A DNA stretch of 63,662 nucleotides, the filler included, from Chlamydiales bacterium (lineage in GTDB: Bacteria; Chlamydiota; Chlamydiia; Chlamydiales; JACRBE01): the NCBI GenBank assembly GCA_016213235.1. It is 5 parts of 5 records of this genome, joined end to end, with 100 filler letters (N's around TTAATTAATTAA, not from the genome) between each part and the next. Parts side by side here need not be neighbours in the genome. Positions count along the whole stretch, not along the records: positions 16,577 to 43,047 come from JACRBE010000052.1; 4 more parts are not named here. One strand, written 5' to 3'. The notes under the pieces were generated by a model. It saw nothing but the letters and a program-made list of their open reading frames with translations, ran no database searches and was not told the DNA's origin. Below, in pieces: positions 20,577 to 30,343 of this stretch; the first letter of the stretch is position 1, and each line of letters begins with the position of its first letter. A program made the translations under genes and the position numbers.

Positions 20577-20817
20577 CTTCTTCCGATTCCCATTCATTCA
20601 TTGTTGAATTAAGTGCTGAAAAATATTCTAAATCCAGAGGGGAGATTTTTCGAACAATAACAGTATTATCCGGTAACAATTCATATAAAATTTCGTCTCC
20701 ACTTTCTAAGTGCAGGTGCTCTCTAATGTCCTTAGGGATCGTTGCTTGGTATTTTGATGTTAGTCTCGCAGAGTGTCTAGTTCTCCTGACTCTATGTTTT
20801 TTGCCTTTAACTGCCAT
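20551..20817 (-). CDS. AbrB/MazE-family antitoxin
   Basis: LTSKYQATIPKDIREHLHLESGD AbrB fold; acidic tail EWESEEDEQAYKNL; overlaps the toxin gene. Confidence 0.9.
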   Translation of the reverse strand: MAVKGKKHRVRRTRHSARLTSKYQATIPKDIREHLHLESGDEILYELLPDNTVIVRKISPLDLEYFSALNSTMNEWESEEDEQAYKNL

Positions 20818-20860
20818 ACGGTATTACCTCAAGATAACTCATACTGTAATACCGTATTAC
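20816..20860. promoter_or_regulatory. Probable TA autoregulatory operator (inverted repeats)
   Basis: atacggtattac (20816-20827) / gtaataccgtat (20846-20857), plus overlapping palindrome gtaatac-c-gtattac (20846-20860), at the antitoxin start. Confidence 0.6.
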
Positions 20861-20939
20861 TTTAAGATCAATTGATTTTTTAACGTATTGGTTACCAGCT
20901 GCTTGTTTTCGTGGAATTTCTTTAGAATTTATCCCTTGA

Positions 20940-20988
20940 TTTATCGGCCGTTTATCGGCATAATGGTAATTGTAAAAAAGCCGATAAA
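20940..20988. promoter_or_regulatory. Probable operator of the fic gene
   Basis: tttatcggc at 20940 and 20951 (direct repeat) and inverted copy gccgataaa at 20980, just before ATG 21000. Confidence 0.55.
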
Positions 20989-20999
20989 AAGCGTATATT

Positions 21000-22103
21000 A
21001 TGCCGACAAATTTTAATCCTATCTATTCCATTACACCAAAAATCGCCAGTTATTTGATGCGTATTGAATCGGCTAAGGAAAAAGTCTCCTTATTACCACT
21101 AACGCCGGTGGTATTATCATCATTGCGTGAAACGGCAAAGCTATTCACTGCCCATTATTCTACTATGATTGAGGGAAATCGTTTATTGCCTGATGAAATT
21201 CAAAAGGTGATGAAATATAACGAGCACTTTCCTGGAAGAGAGCGTGATGAGCATGAGATAAAAGGATATTATGCCGCTTTAGCGCAATTAGAGCACTATG
21301 CAGCAAAAAAACATCCTATTTCGGAAAAAGTAGTTCAAACGCTACATGCGCTTGTTATGAGTAATGGCCACAACCAGGTTAAACCTACGCCATATCGAGA
21401 GGGACAGAATGTAATTAAAGATAGTGGGACTAATGTAATAGTTTATATGCCACCGGAGGCAAAAGATGTTCCGGGATTAATGCATAACTTAGTCGATTGG
21501 ATGAAAGAAAATAAGGAACTACCTTGTCCACTCGTTGCTGCTATTACACATTATCAATTTGCTACTATTCATCCCTATTATGATGGCAATGGACGGACTG
21601 CAAGGCTATTATCTACGTTAATATTGCATTTAGGTGGGTATGATCTAAAAGGTTTGTATTCATTAGAAGAATATTATGCCAACAATCTGCTAGCATATTA
21701 CCATGCTATTAGCATTGGACCATCTCATAACTATTACTTAGGACGTGCCACATCTGATATCACTACGTGGATAGAATATTTTTGTGAAGGTATGGCTTAT
21801 GCCTTTGAGAAAGTAGTAGATCAAATGATGAATGCTCAAAATCGAGGAGAAAAAGACTACTTTCCACTACTACGCTCCTTAGATCCTAAACAGAGAAAGG
21901 CTTTAGAGCTATTTAAAGAATATGAAATTGTCACTAGTTCTCAAATAGGCAACTTATTTGGTTTTAAATCAAGAACCAATACCACTCTTTGCAAGACTTG
22001 GGTAGAAAGTGGTTTTTTGGAGGTTGTAGATGCATCAAATAAAGGTCGTAAATACAGACTAGCTACCAAATACCAGATGTTGCTGGAAGAAAAGCTATTT
22101 TAA
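21000..22103 (+). CDS. Fic-domain protein (class II, N-terminal inhibitory helix) with C-terminal wHTH
   Basis: Active site HPYYDGNGRTAR; inhibitory STMIEGN; C-terminal HTH-like region. Confidence 0.93.
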   Translation: MPTNFNPIYSITPKIASYLMRIESAKEKVSLLPLTPVVLSSLRETAKLFTAHYSTMIEGNRLLPDEIQKVMKYNEHFPGRERDEHEIKGYYAALAQLEHYAAKKHPISEKVVQTLHALVMSNGHNQVKPTPYREGQNVIKDSGTNVIVYMPPEAKDVPGLMHNLVDWMKENKELPCPLVAAITHYQFATIHPYYDGNGRTARLLSTLILHLGGYDLKGLYSLEEYYANNLLAYYHAISIGPSHNYYLGRATSDITTWIEYFCEGMAYAFEKVVDQMMNAQNRGEKDYFPLLRSLDPKQRKALELFKEYEIVTSSQIGNLFGFKSRTNTTLCKTWVESGFLEVVDASNKGRKYRLATKYQMLLEEKLF

Positions 22104-22108
22104 CCATG

Positions 22109-22514
22109 TTATTGATGATTATACGTTTTAATCAATTTTTCCAGATTGGGTTTTTCTAGATTAAAATAATCATCACCAGAGAGTTCTTTTAACTTTAATC
22201 CTACCTGCTCTTGGACAATTTTGCTTGTTTGATAGCACAAATGAGGTTTTTCTTCTAGCATGACATGGATTGTTTTCTCTGATTCTATTACCATGTCACT
22301 ACTAGTGACATCCATCTTTAAAAAGAAGAGATTTCCTATAGTTGGTAAGTTTTGCAGTTGTCTTGCTGTTGCATATACGTGATATCCCTTTTCAGCAAGT
22401 AACCTCGCTGTAGCAAGGCCAATGCCTCTTGACGCTCCTGTGATTAGGATAACTTCATTTTCTGCGTAAGGTGATAGGATGCACAGCATCCATAAACAAG
22501 CCCATTTTTTTCAT
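22109..22514 (-). pseudogene. SDR oxidoreductase remnant (internal deletion; homopolymer frameshift at 5' end)
   Basis: ITGASRGIG and MDVT are joined almost directly to C-terminal EKPHLCYQT; no NNAG or catalytic core; A7 run after ATG 22514 shifts the frame. Confidence 0.75.
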
Positions 22515-22574
22515 TTGTCTTCTCGATTAAAAAACGAAAGACATTAGAAATACTATCTGCAAAAAAGACAATAT

Positions 22575-23345
22575 TTAACTTCGTGATAGCACGATTTTGT
22601 TTCTTTTTGGATTGAGAGTCATTAAATCTGCAAGCCCTCTAGATTCTATATAAGTAGACAATATTGCAACGGATTTACTGTCTAGTTTGCTAATTACCAG
22701 TTCTTTGACATGACTTGCTGTGCGAAACTGATCTATAATAGTTTGTCCCATTGTTGTATCAAAACAACAACCTTTAAAGGTGACTCGATAAGTTTCTTTT
22801 CTTGAGAAGATGGATTCTATTAAGGCTGGATCTTCTACAGGAGTATCGGTTAGTTTGATAGAGCTAATGGTTGGATGCTCGAGGATTAGTGCAACCATAG
22901 TAGGTAAATTAGAGGAAAGAGATTTGATCTTAATTTTTGACGATCCATCCTCTGATGAATCAGGACGATAGGATATTTTTACAGATCGAGATTCCGTTGC
23001 TGGATGACACATTGCTATAGTTGATGGAGAAAAAATTCTTTTTCCGCTAATCTTTTCTATTTTCCATAAAGCGATCAAATGTTGGAGTTGTTCTTCAGAA
23101 ATCCCACCATCTTTATCAAGAAGAACAAGATGTCGGACGGAAAGATCTGTTCGATGTAATAAAAACTCGGCAGTTGTTGCGTTTATGCCGTTTAATTTGA
23201 ATCCCTCAATCTGCGTTGTACCAACTCTAGAGAGGACCGCATCTAATTGATCCATATTAGAGATAACAAAGGTTTCTAAGTCCAATCTCTCATCTCGACA
23301 TTTTGCTTTTTCGTGCACAAAGCTTGGAATTGCTGCGCTAGTCAT
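22575..23345 (-). CDS. Hypothetical protein
   Basis: 256-aa ORF with GGAG SD upstream; no recognised family. Confidence 0.75.
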   Translation of the reverse strand: MTSAAIPSFVHEKAKCRDERLDLETFVISNMDQLDAVLSRVGTTQIEGFKLNGINATTAEFLLHRTDLSVRHLVLLDKDGGISEEQLQHLIALWKIEKISGKRIFSPSTIAMCHPATESRSVKISYRPDSSEDGSSKIKIKSLSSNLPTMVALILEHPTISSIKLTDTPVEDPALIESIFSRKETYRVTFKGCCFDTTMGQTIIDQFRTASHVKELVISKLDSKSVAILSTYIESRGLADLMTLNPKRNKIVLSRS

Positions 23346-23474
23346 AATAATACTTACTCCTAGTTTGTTATATATTTTTTTATTGCTGATTAAAAAGAAT
23401 TAATTTCGCAACTAATTATAATTAATAGCGTTAATTATAACAACCAAATAAAAAGCTTCGATTTATACAATAAA

Positions 23475-24068
23475 TCAATAAGGGTTTCTTCCGGAAAAGG
23501 CGCGAGATAAAGTCCCTTCGTCCACAAAATCAAGAGAGCTCCCGATGGGGATGCCAAGCGCAAGTCTTGAAATAAATAGATGATCTGCACTAAGTTGCTG
23601 CTTCAAATAGAGAGACGTTGCATCACCCTCTAGTGTTGCATCTAGCGCTAAAACGATCTCTTTAGTCCTGTATTGCTCGATACGATTTTTGATAAGGGCA
23701 ATTTGCGTTTCCGTAATGGACCTCTCTTCCAAAGGAGAGAGGAGGTGAGGCAGTACGTGGTAAATACCCTGAAATAGCCTTGTCTCTTCAATCACAAAAA
23801 TATCTTTTACAGAGGATACGATGCACAAAATAGAGACGTCTCTTTTTTTTATATCACAATAACTACATTCGTGCTCTTTTAAAGCTCCACACTCTGGGCA
23901 AGTGGTAATATTTAATTTTAATTTACCAAGGGTTGCTGCAAAGTCTATTAAAGATTTATCTTGCCATTTGAGCAGATCAAAAGCATAGCGCTCTGCGCTT
24001 TTTTTCCCAACACCAGGGAGTTTTCGGAAAAAATCAATCAATTTATTTAATTCTTTTGGGTACCGCAT
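23475..24068 (-). CDS. recR: Recombination mediator RecR
   Basis: LPGVGKKSAER, C4 zinc finger, Toprim EGDAT, SRLALGIPIG. Confidence 0.97.
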   Translation of the reverse strand: MRYPKELNKLIDFFRKLPGVGKKSAERYAFDLLKWQDKSLIDFAATLGKLKLNITTCPECGALKEHECSYCDIKKRDVSILCIVSSVKDIFVIEETRLFQGIYHVLPHLLSPLEERSITETQIALIKNRIEQYRTKEIVLALDATLEGDATSLYLKQQLSADHLFISRLALGIPIGSSLDFVDEGTLSRAFSGRNPY

Positions 24069-24199
24069 ACATCTCCAGTGAGAGGAAATCCTTCCGTTTT
24101 TTGCCTATCTTATATAAAATACAAAACTAACCCAAGCATTTTATTGTTTTCTACAATAATTTGATTTTAATTAAATATTTGTTTGTTAAAGGTTTAAGA

Positions 24200-25198
24200 A
24201 TGACAGTCCTTAGTAAAGCTAGAATTATCGGTACGGGAAGTTATATCCCCAAAAAAGTACTATCCAATGCTGATCTCGAAAAAATGGTAGAGACATCGGA
24301 TGAGTGGATTGTTACTCGTACAGGAATGAAAGAGAGAAGAATCGCAGGTGATGATGAATTTAGCTCTACCATGGGATCTGAGGCTGCATTAAAGGCTTTA
24401 AAACAGGCATCTATTGACCCTAAAGATGTAGATTTAATTTTATGTGCCACACTAACTCCAGATTATATGTTTCCCTCTACGGCATGCATCATTCAAAAAA
24501 TAATTGGATGTGACAATGCCAGTGCAATGGACATACAGGCGGCATGTACAGGATATTTATACGCATTGTCCATGGCAAAAGCCTATATTGACTCTGGTAT
24601 GTATACAAATATTTTAATTATTGCGTCGGAAAAACTCTCGTCCGTTGTTAATTATGAAGATAGAAATACCTGTGTCTTATTTGGAGATGGGGCGAGCGCT
24701 TGTGTCGTGAGCAATAAGGGAAAAGGTCTTGTCATCAATAATATTAATTTAGGCGCTGATGGTAACCAAACTGCGTTATTAATGATGCCAGGAGGAGGCT
24801 GTAGACATCCAGCGAGCCTGTGCACCATAGAAAATAAAATGCATTTTATCCAGATGGATGGGAAAGAAACATTCAAGCATGCCGTAAGACGCATGGAGCA
24901 TGCAGCCAAAGAGTGTATTGATCAAGTTGGGCTATCAAATAATGCAATTAGTTGGTTAATACCGCACCAGGCAAATATCCGTATTATTGAAGCAATAGCA
25001 AAACGATTTGATGTTCCAATGGAAAAAGTCTTTTTAACGATTCATAAATATGGAAATACTTCTGCATCATCCATAGGAATAGCTTTAGATGAGCTATTAA
25101 TAGAAAAAACAATTCAAAAGGGAGATAATCTCTTACTGATTGCTTTTGGAGCAGGGCTTACATGGGGAGCCTGTATTTTGACAATGGAGGATAATTAA
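24200..25198 (+). CDS. fabH: Beta-ketoacyl-ACP synthase III
   Basis: DIQAACTG, PHQANIRII, YGNTSASS, FGAGLTWG. Confidence 0.97.
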   Translation: MTVLSKARIIGTGSYIPKKVLSNADLEKMVETSDEWIVTRTGMKERRIAGDDEFSSTMGSEAALKALKQASIDPKDVDLILCATLTPDYMFPSTACIIQKIIGCDNASAMDIQAACTGYLYALSMAKAYIDSGMYTNILIIASEKLSSVVNYEDRNTCVLFGDGASACVVSNKGKGLVINNINLGADGNQTALLMMPGGGCRHPASLCTIENKMHFIQMDGKETFKHAVRRMEHAAKECIDQVGLSNNAISWLIPHQANIRIIEAIAKRFDVPMEKVFLTIHKYGNTSASSIGIALDELLIEKTIQKGDNLLLIAFGAGLTWGACILTMEDN

Positions 25199-25199
25199 C

Positions 25200-26144
25200 A
25201 TGCCTACTACTGCATTTATTTTTCCAGGACAGGGCGCGCAAAAACCGCGGATGGGATTTGATTTTTATCAAAAACATATAAGGGCAAAAGAAGTTTTTCA
25301 ATTAGCTGATGATATATTACAAAACTCTTTTTCTAAGGTGATTTTTACAGCAGATGAAAAGGAGCTAGCACTAACAAAAAACAGTCAACTTGCCATCTAC
25401 ATCACATCGATGGCTATTTTAACGGTAATGAAAGAAGAATTTAGTGATTTGATACCCATTGTCTGTGGTGGACTTAGCCTTGGAGAATATAGCGCTATCA
25501 CAGCATCGAATAAAGTAGATATAGAGCAAATGTTGCCTATTGTAGCTGCAAGAGGCAACTTCATGCATGAAGCATCGATTGCAAAAAAAGGATGCATGGC
25601 AGCAGTTCTTGGAATGGATGCAGTGGTCATAGAACAAGCAATTAATTCCTTATACCAACAAGGTCATCTTATTTGGGTAGCAAATATTAATTGCCCTGGT
25701 CAAGTGGTGATTTCAGGAACAATAGAAGGGGTGGAAATAGCCTCTCTTCGATTAAAGGAAATAGGAGCAAAAAGGGTTATTCCACTTGATGTGTCTGGAG
25801 CGTTTCATAGTGGGTTGATGAAAAGCGCACAAGATAAGCTATCGCCATTAATTGAAGGCTTAGAAATAAAAGACTCCGCTATTTATATTGCAGGCAATGT
25901 AACAGGTAGTGTAGAACAAGATAGTCGCAACATAAAGCAGAATTTAATTCTTCAGGTCACGCAGCCTGTACGTTGGCAGCAATGCGTTCAAACGATAGAA
26001 ACCTACTCTCCTAAATGTTATCTTGAAATAGGACCTGGTAATACACTAGCTGGTATGAACAGAAAAATTGGGGTAAAGGCTCCTACGATATCGATTGAAA
26101 AAGTAGAAGATTTAGAAAAAATTTATGAACTGGAGCTGGTATAA
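25200..26144 (+). CDS. fabD: Malonyl-CoA:ACP transacylase
   Basis: FPGQGAQ, GLSLGEY, SGAFHS, EIGPG. Confidence 0.97.
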   Translation: MPTTAFIFPGQGAQKPRMGFDFYQKHIRAKEVFQLADDILQNSFSKVIFTADEKELALTKNSQLAIYITSMAILTVMKEEFSDLIPIVCGGLSLGEYSAITASNKVDIEQMLPIVAARGNFMHEASIAKKGCMAAVLGMDAVVIEQAINSLYQQGHLIWVANINCPGQVVISGTIEGVEIASLRLKEIGAKRVIPLDVSGAFHSGLMKSAQDKLSPLIEGLEIKDSAIYIAGNVTGSVEQDSRNIKQNLILQVTQPVRWQQCVQTIETYSPKCYLEIGPGNTLAGMNRKIGVKAPTISIEKVEDLEKIYELELV

Positions 26145-26146
26145 TC

Positions 26147-26899
26147 ATGCGACTATTAAAAGGAAAAAAAGCATTCATTACAGGAGCAACATCTGGCATC
26201 GGAAAAGCTATTGCTACTACTTTTGTAGAAAATGGGGCCTCTGTGGTATTTTCTGGTACTAATTTAGAAAGGGGCGCGCTTGTAAAAGAGGAACTAAAAC
26301 AAATAGCTAAAGAAAATGAAAAAATAGAATTTTTGCCTATGGATATTGCCTCTTTTGTAGAGGTAGAATCTAAATTAAAAGAGATACTAAAAGAAGTAGG
26401 GTGTTTTGATATCATCGTCAACTGCGCTGGCACTACTCGAGATAAATTGTTAATGAGTATGTCAGAAGAAGATTGGGATGTAGTTTTAGACACTAATTTA
26501 AAATCTGTTTATAATGTAGTGCACTGTTTATTAAGACCGATGATTAAGGCAAAAGCAGGGAAAATTATTAATATTTCTTCCGTTATTGGCTTGACAGGAA
26601 ATCCAGGACAGGTGAATTATTCTTCATCAAAGTTCGGAATGATTGGATTCACAAAATCTCTAGCTAGGGAAGTATCTTCAAGAGGGATTAATGTAAATGC
26701 AATAGCTCCTGGATTTATTCAAACCAAGATGACAGATGCATTAAATGATAAACAAAAAGAAGAAATTTTAGGAAGAATCCCAATGAAAAAATTAGGTGAT
26801 GTGAAAGACATCGCCAATGCAGCACTATTTTTGGCAAGTTCCCTTTCTGATTATATTACAGGGGAAGTCATTACAGTGGATGGTGGGATGCTTGCTTAA
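26147..26899 (+). CDS. fabG: 3-oxoacyl-ACP reductase
   Basis: TGATSGIG, NYSSSKFG, IAPGFIQT, VDGGM. Confidence 0.96.
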   Translation: MRLLKGKKAFITGATSGIGKAIATTFVENGASVVFSGTNLERGALVKEELKQIAKENEKIEFLPMDIASFVEVESKLKEILKEVGCFDIIVNCAGTTRDKLLMSMSEEDWDVVLDTNLKSVYNVVHCLLRPMIKAKAGKIINISSVIGLTGNPGQVNYSSSKFGMIGFTKSLAREVSSRGINVNAIAPGFIQTKMTDALNDKQKEEILGRIPMKKLGDVKDIANAALFLASSLSDYITGEVITVDGGMLA

Positions 26900-26938
26900 A
26901 AGACAAAAGCTAAAAAACAAAACCATTAGAGGATGGAT

Positions 26939-27181
26939 ATGTCAATAGAAAAAGAAGTAATTGATATTGTTGTAGAACAGCTTGGAGTAGATGAATCAGA
27001 TGTTTCATTAGATAAATCTTTTGTAGAAGATTTAAATGCAGATTCATTAGACATTACTGAGCTTGTTATGACATTAGAAGAAAAATTTGGTTTTGAAATC
27101 TCTGAAGAAGAAGCAGAGAAATTAAAAACCGTTGGTGATGTTGTCACTTATATTGAAAGCAAACAAGTCGCTAAAAAATAA
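26939..27181 (+). CDS. acpP: Acyl carrier protein
   Basis: DLNADSLD phosphopantetheine site; SD AGAGGA. Confidence 0.97.
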   Translation: MSIEKEVIDIVVEQLGVDESDVSLDKSFVEDLNADSLDITELVMTLEEKFGFEISEEEAEKLKTVGDVVTYIESKQVAKK

Positions 27182-27191
27182 GCCACATGAG

Positions 27192-27224
27192 TAAGAGGGC
27201 CTCTCTTATTAAGAGGGCTCTTTT
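27192..27224. terminator. Possible bidirectional terminator between acpP and nifS
   Basis: ctctta-t-taagag hairpin with GC flanks and a T-run, between convergent genes. Confidence 0.4.
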
Positions 27225-27225
27225 C

Positions 27226-28347
27226 CTATCTTTCTATTAAATATAGCTGCTCTACAATATGAGCAATCATTTCGCAGGCTTTAAAAATTTCCTCTTTCGT
27301 GTTTTTTCTACTAAACGAAAAGCGAATAGACGACTTTGCTCTTTCATAAGAATATCCCATATTCAGTAAGATACGAGATGGCTTTAAAGATCCTGAGCTA
27401 CAAGCAGAGCCATGAGAAGCACAAATCCCTGCTTGATCGAGCGACATAAGTAAGGTCTCTGCATCAATAGAGGGAAAGTAGACATTAGAAACATTACTTG
27501 TTTTTTCCCCATCTCCATTTATCATTATGGTAGGTAATAGTGTTTTTAGAGTTATTTCAAATAAACATCGTAATTGCTCAAGATAAGCAAAAAGAGAAGC
27601 TCCTTTTTCCTCTATTAATGAGATCGCAGTAGAAAATCCAATAATACCAGCTAAATTTTCTGTACCACTTCTAGTATTTGATTCTTGGCCTCCGCCAACA
27701 TAAAGAGGGGATAAAGAAAGATGGTTGCCAGTGCAAATACAACCAATCCCTTTGGGACCATGAATTTTATGAGCAGAAAAAACCATAGCGCTGATACCAC
27801 TATAAAATGTAATGGGTTCCTTTCCAAGAGCCGCCACTGCATCAACCACTAGAGGGATATTATACTGCACTGCAATTTGAGCAATTTTTTCTATATCATT
27901 TCTGACGCCAGTTTCATTATTAACGCTACTAGTAATAATTAATTTAGTGTCAGGACGAATATGAGAGCGTAAATGGAATGGGTCAATGGACCCTCTCTCA
28001 TTAACCTCAAGGTATGTAATAGAGCTTGGCTTCATGCGCTTGAGAAATTCATCAATTGCTGCATGTTCAATAGAGCTAGTAATAATATGACAAGGCGCTT
28101 TGGTAAAATGTTGTAGTAGCCAATTGAGTCCTTCTGTGGCGCTAGAAGTAAAAATAATTTGATCATGAGATGTTTGTAAATAAGACGCAACGATCTTTCT
28201 TGCCTCAAGTAGCATAGATTTAGCTAGTTGTCCTTTTTGATGAAAAGAAGATGGGTTCAAAGGGGTTAATTCAAATTCCTTTAGCATGGCTTGAATTACC
28301 TCTTTGTCAAGGGGTGTTGTCGCGTTATTATCCAGATAAATGGTCAT
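27226..28347 (-). CDS. nifS: Cysteine desulfurase (NifS/IscS family)
   Basis: YLDNNATT, FSAHKIHGPKG (PLP Lys), SHGSACSSG. Confidence 0.94.
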   Translation of the reverse strand: MTIYLDNNATTPLDKEVIQAMLKEFELTPLNPSSFHQKGQLAKSMLLEARKIVASYLQTSHDQIIFTSSATEGLNWLLQHFTKAPCHIITSSIEHAAIDEFLKRMKPSSITYLEVNERGSIDPFHLRSHIRPDTKLIITSSVNNETGVRNDIEKIAQIAVQYNIPLVVDAVAALGKEPITFYSGISAMVFSAHKIHGPKGIGCICTGNHLSLSPLYVGGGQESNTRSGTENLAGIIGFSTAISLIEEKGASLFAYLEQLRCLFEITLKTLLPTIMINGDGEKTSNVSNVYFPSIDAETLLMSLDQAGICASHGSACSSGSLKPSRILLNMGYSYERAKSSIRFSFSRKNTKEEIFKACEMIAHIVEQLYLIER

Positions 28348-29119
28348 GTACTTTCATCATAATTACGGTGATATTATCCTTGCCTCCACGATAAATAGCT
28401 TGTTCGATTAACGACTCAGTTGTCTTGTCAATCTCCATATTTTTGATTAAAATCTCATGAATTTCTTCATTAGATACAAAATCGCTTAATCCATCGGAGC
28501 ATAAGAAGTATATATCACCAGTCATTACAGATTCAATACCAATATCAGGATCCACCTTGCGATGGATGCCGATTGCCTGCATAAGAGATTTTTTAGAATG
28601 GTTTTTAGGGATAAAATAGAAATTTTTTGAATATTTTTTTATTGCATTTTCTAGTGAGTGGTCTATGGTTATTTGCTTGAGCTGACCTGCACGGAAACGA
28701 TAGAGTCTACTATCACCTACATGTGTATAAATAAGATGATTCTGATGAAAATAGGAAGCACAAATCGTTGTCCCCATACCAGTTAATGTTTTATCCCGCT
28801 CACTTAGCAGGATAATTCGTTCATTAACAGAGGAGATAATTTGGTTTAAATGGGGTATTAATAAATGATGTTCTTTTAAGGAAAAAGAAGAATGAAGAAG
28901 CTCTATTTCTTTGCAGATAAATTCTACAGCCTCTTTAGCGGCTACTTCACCCGCATTATGTCCACCCATTCCATCTGCTAAAATAAAAAATCGCTCGTTA
29001 TGCATTTGAGAAAAAAAATCTTCATTAGATGTGCGGACTAGCCCTATATTCGAACAAGCATAACTGCTAATAATATATTTTTCTTCCACTCCCTCTCCTT
29101 TAGTGGAACTAATTACCAA
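28328..29119 (-). CDS. PP2C-type Ser/Thr phosphatase (PrpC/CT259-like)
   Basis: GLVRTSNED, ADGMGGH, GMGTT, HVGDSR, CSDGL, GGKDNIT. Confidence 0.93.
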   Translation of the reverse strand: MVISSTKGEGVEEKYIISSYACSNIGLVRTSNEDFFSQMHNERFFILADGMGGHNAGEVAAKEAVEFICKEIELLHSSFSLKEHHLLIPHLNQIISSVNERIILLSERDKTLTGMGTTICASYFHQNHLIYTHVGDSRLYRFRAGQLKQITIDHSLENAIKKYSKNFYFIPKNHSKKSLMQAIGIHRKVDPDIGIESVMTGDIYFLCSDGLSDFVSNEEIHEILIKNMEIDKTTESLIEQAIYRGGKDNITVIMMKVHDHLSG

Positions 29120-29122
29120 TAA

Positions 29123-30319
29123 CTAGGATGTTTTTGGTAATTTGTACGTTCCAATAAACAATATATAATTTTGATCCATATCGTAAATCAAAAAAATAAA
29201 AGGATGGTTTGCTCGAAATTTTTTATTGGTTGAGACTCCGATTGATTTTAAATTCATCGGAGCCACGCTCGCCGCCGCAGCTTCCACCCCATCTTCATTC
29301 ACAGAAAAATCACAACTATGAATGACATTTGCCATGCATAGCATATCTTTTCCCGTAATACCAGAAAAATTGGCCTGGTTTGTAAATGGTTTGATCATTC
29401 CCATTTCTATCAATGTCTTTTTTAACTCTACGTTAGTTTTGATTTTAAAAATAGGTAAAGTAATGTCCACTTGTTCGATTTTCTTCTCTTCTAATATAGA
29501 AAGAAGATCAGAATAAGAGAAAATATAAGAGTCGCTTTTTGGTAAAATAGAAATAAAATAAGCAGAAGATGGTATCACCCTTTCATCGAAGGGCAAGCAA
29601 ATAGCTTGCAGAGAGTCATTTTCAAAATATGGTATAGATAATAGTTGATGCATCATCGGAATATGAGTCGATGATGCTTGATCGATACCAAGATAGAATT
29701 TTTCCAAGTAAGTAAGGTCTTTGCAAAAAGGAAGTGACCAATCGCTTTTAAAGTAAGTAGCATTTGTAAGTAACATTTTTGTGGCGGAAGAAATGTCTTT
29801 TATACTAATGAGATCGTCGATCTTTTTGTTTGTATGATCAGATGCCCAATGATTAATGATCTTAACTGTTTCATCTACATTAGAAAAATCAATGTTGTCA
29901 ACTGTGCCATAGAAGTTTTTTTGAATTAAAAAAGTAAAAATGGGAAGGATGGGTAATTTTTGATCTACCCATATACCATTTGCCATCAGTAGGCTTCGTT
30001 TGTCCTTCATTTTATGCGGTTGCATTAAAGCTTGATAAGATTTTCTATATAAATCGGGTAATTTAGAAGGTCCGGCCTGTAAATAAAGTGATTTTTGCAT
30101 TTCATAAGAGGTTAGAGCTTCTGATCCGACAAAGCTCATGTAAAGACAAGAAGAGATAGAAAAAGGGGATAATATAACGTTTGCACTTGTAGTATTTAAT
30201 TTGTCAAATAAGCTACATGAAAAAAGATGGTTTGCTTTAGCAAGGGGTTTTATATCAAGACCAGCAAAAGAATAGCTAGCAAAAAGAAAATAAAAAAGAA
30301 CAAGAGTTTTTTTCATCAC
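29123..30319 (-). CDS. Secreted serpin (serine protease inhibitor)
   Basis: Signal peptide; NVILSPFSI, NATYFKSDW, hinge EDGVEAAAAS, FRANHPFIFLI. Confidence 0.95.
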   Translation of the reverse strand: MMKKTLVLFYFLFASYSFAGLDIKPLAKANHLFSCSLFDKLNTTSANVILSPFSISSCLYMSFVGSEALTSYEMQKSLYLQAGPSKLPDLYRKSYQALMQPHKMKDKRSLLMANGIWVDQKLPILPIFTFLIQKNFYGTVDNIDFSNVDETVKIINHWASDHTNKKIDDLISIKDISSATKMLLTNATYFKSDWSLPFCKDLTYLEKFYLGIDQASSTHIPMMHQLLSIPYFENDSLQAICLPFDERVIPSSAYFISILPKSDSYIFSYSDLLSILEEKKIEQVDITLPIFKIKTNVELKKTLIEMGMIKPFTNQANFSGITGKDMLCMANVIHSCDFSVNEDGVEAAAASVAPMNLKSIGVSTNKKFRANHPFIFLIYDMDQNYILFIGTYKLPKTS

Positions 30320-30343
30320 GAAGGGGTATTAGGTTGATTCAGA

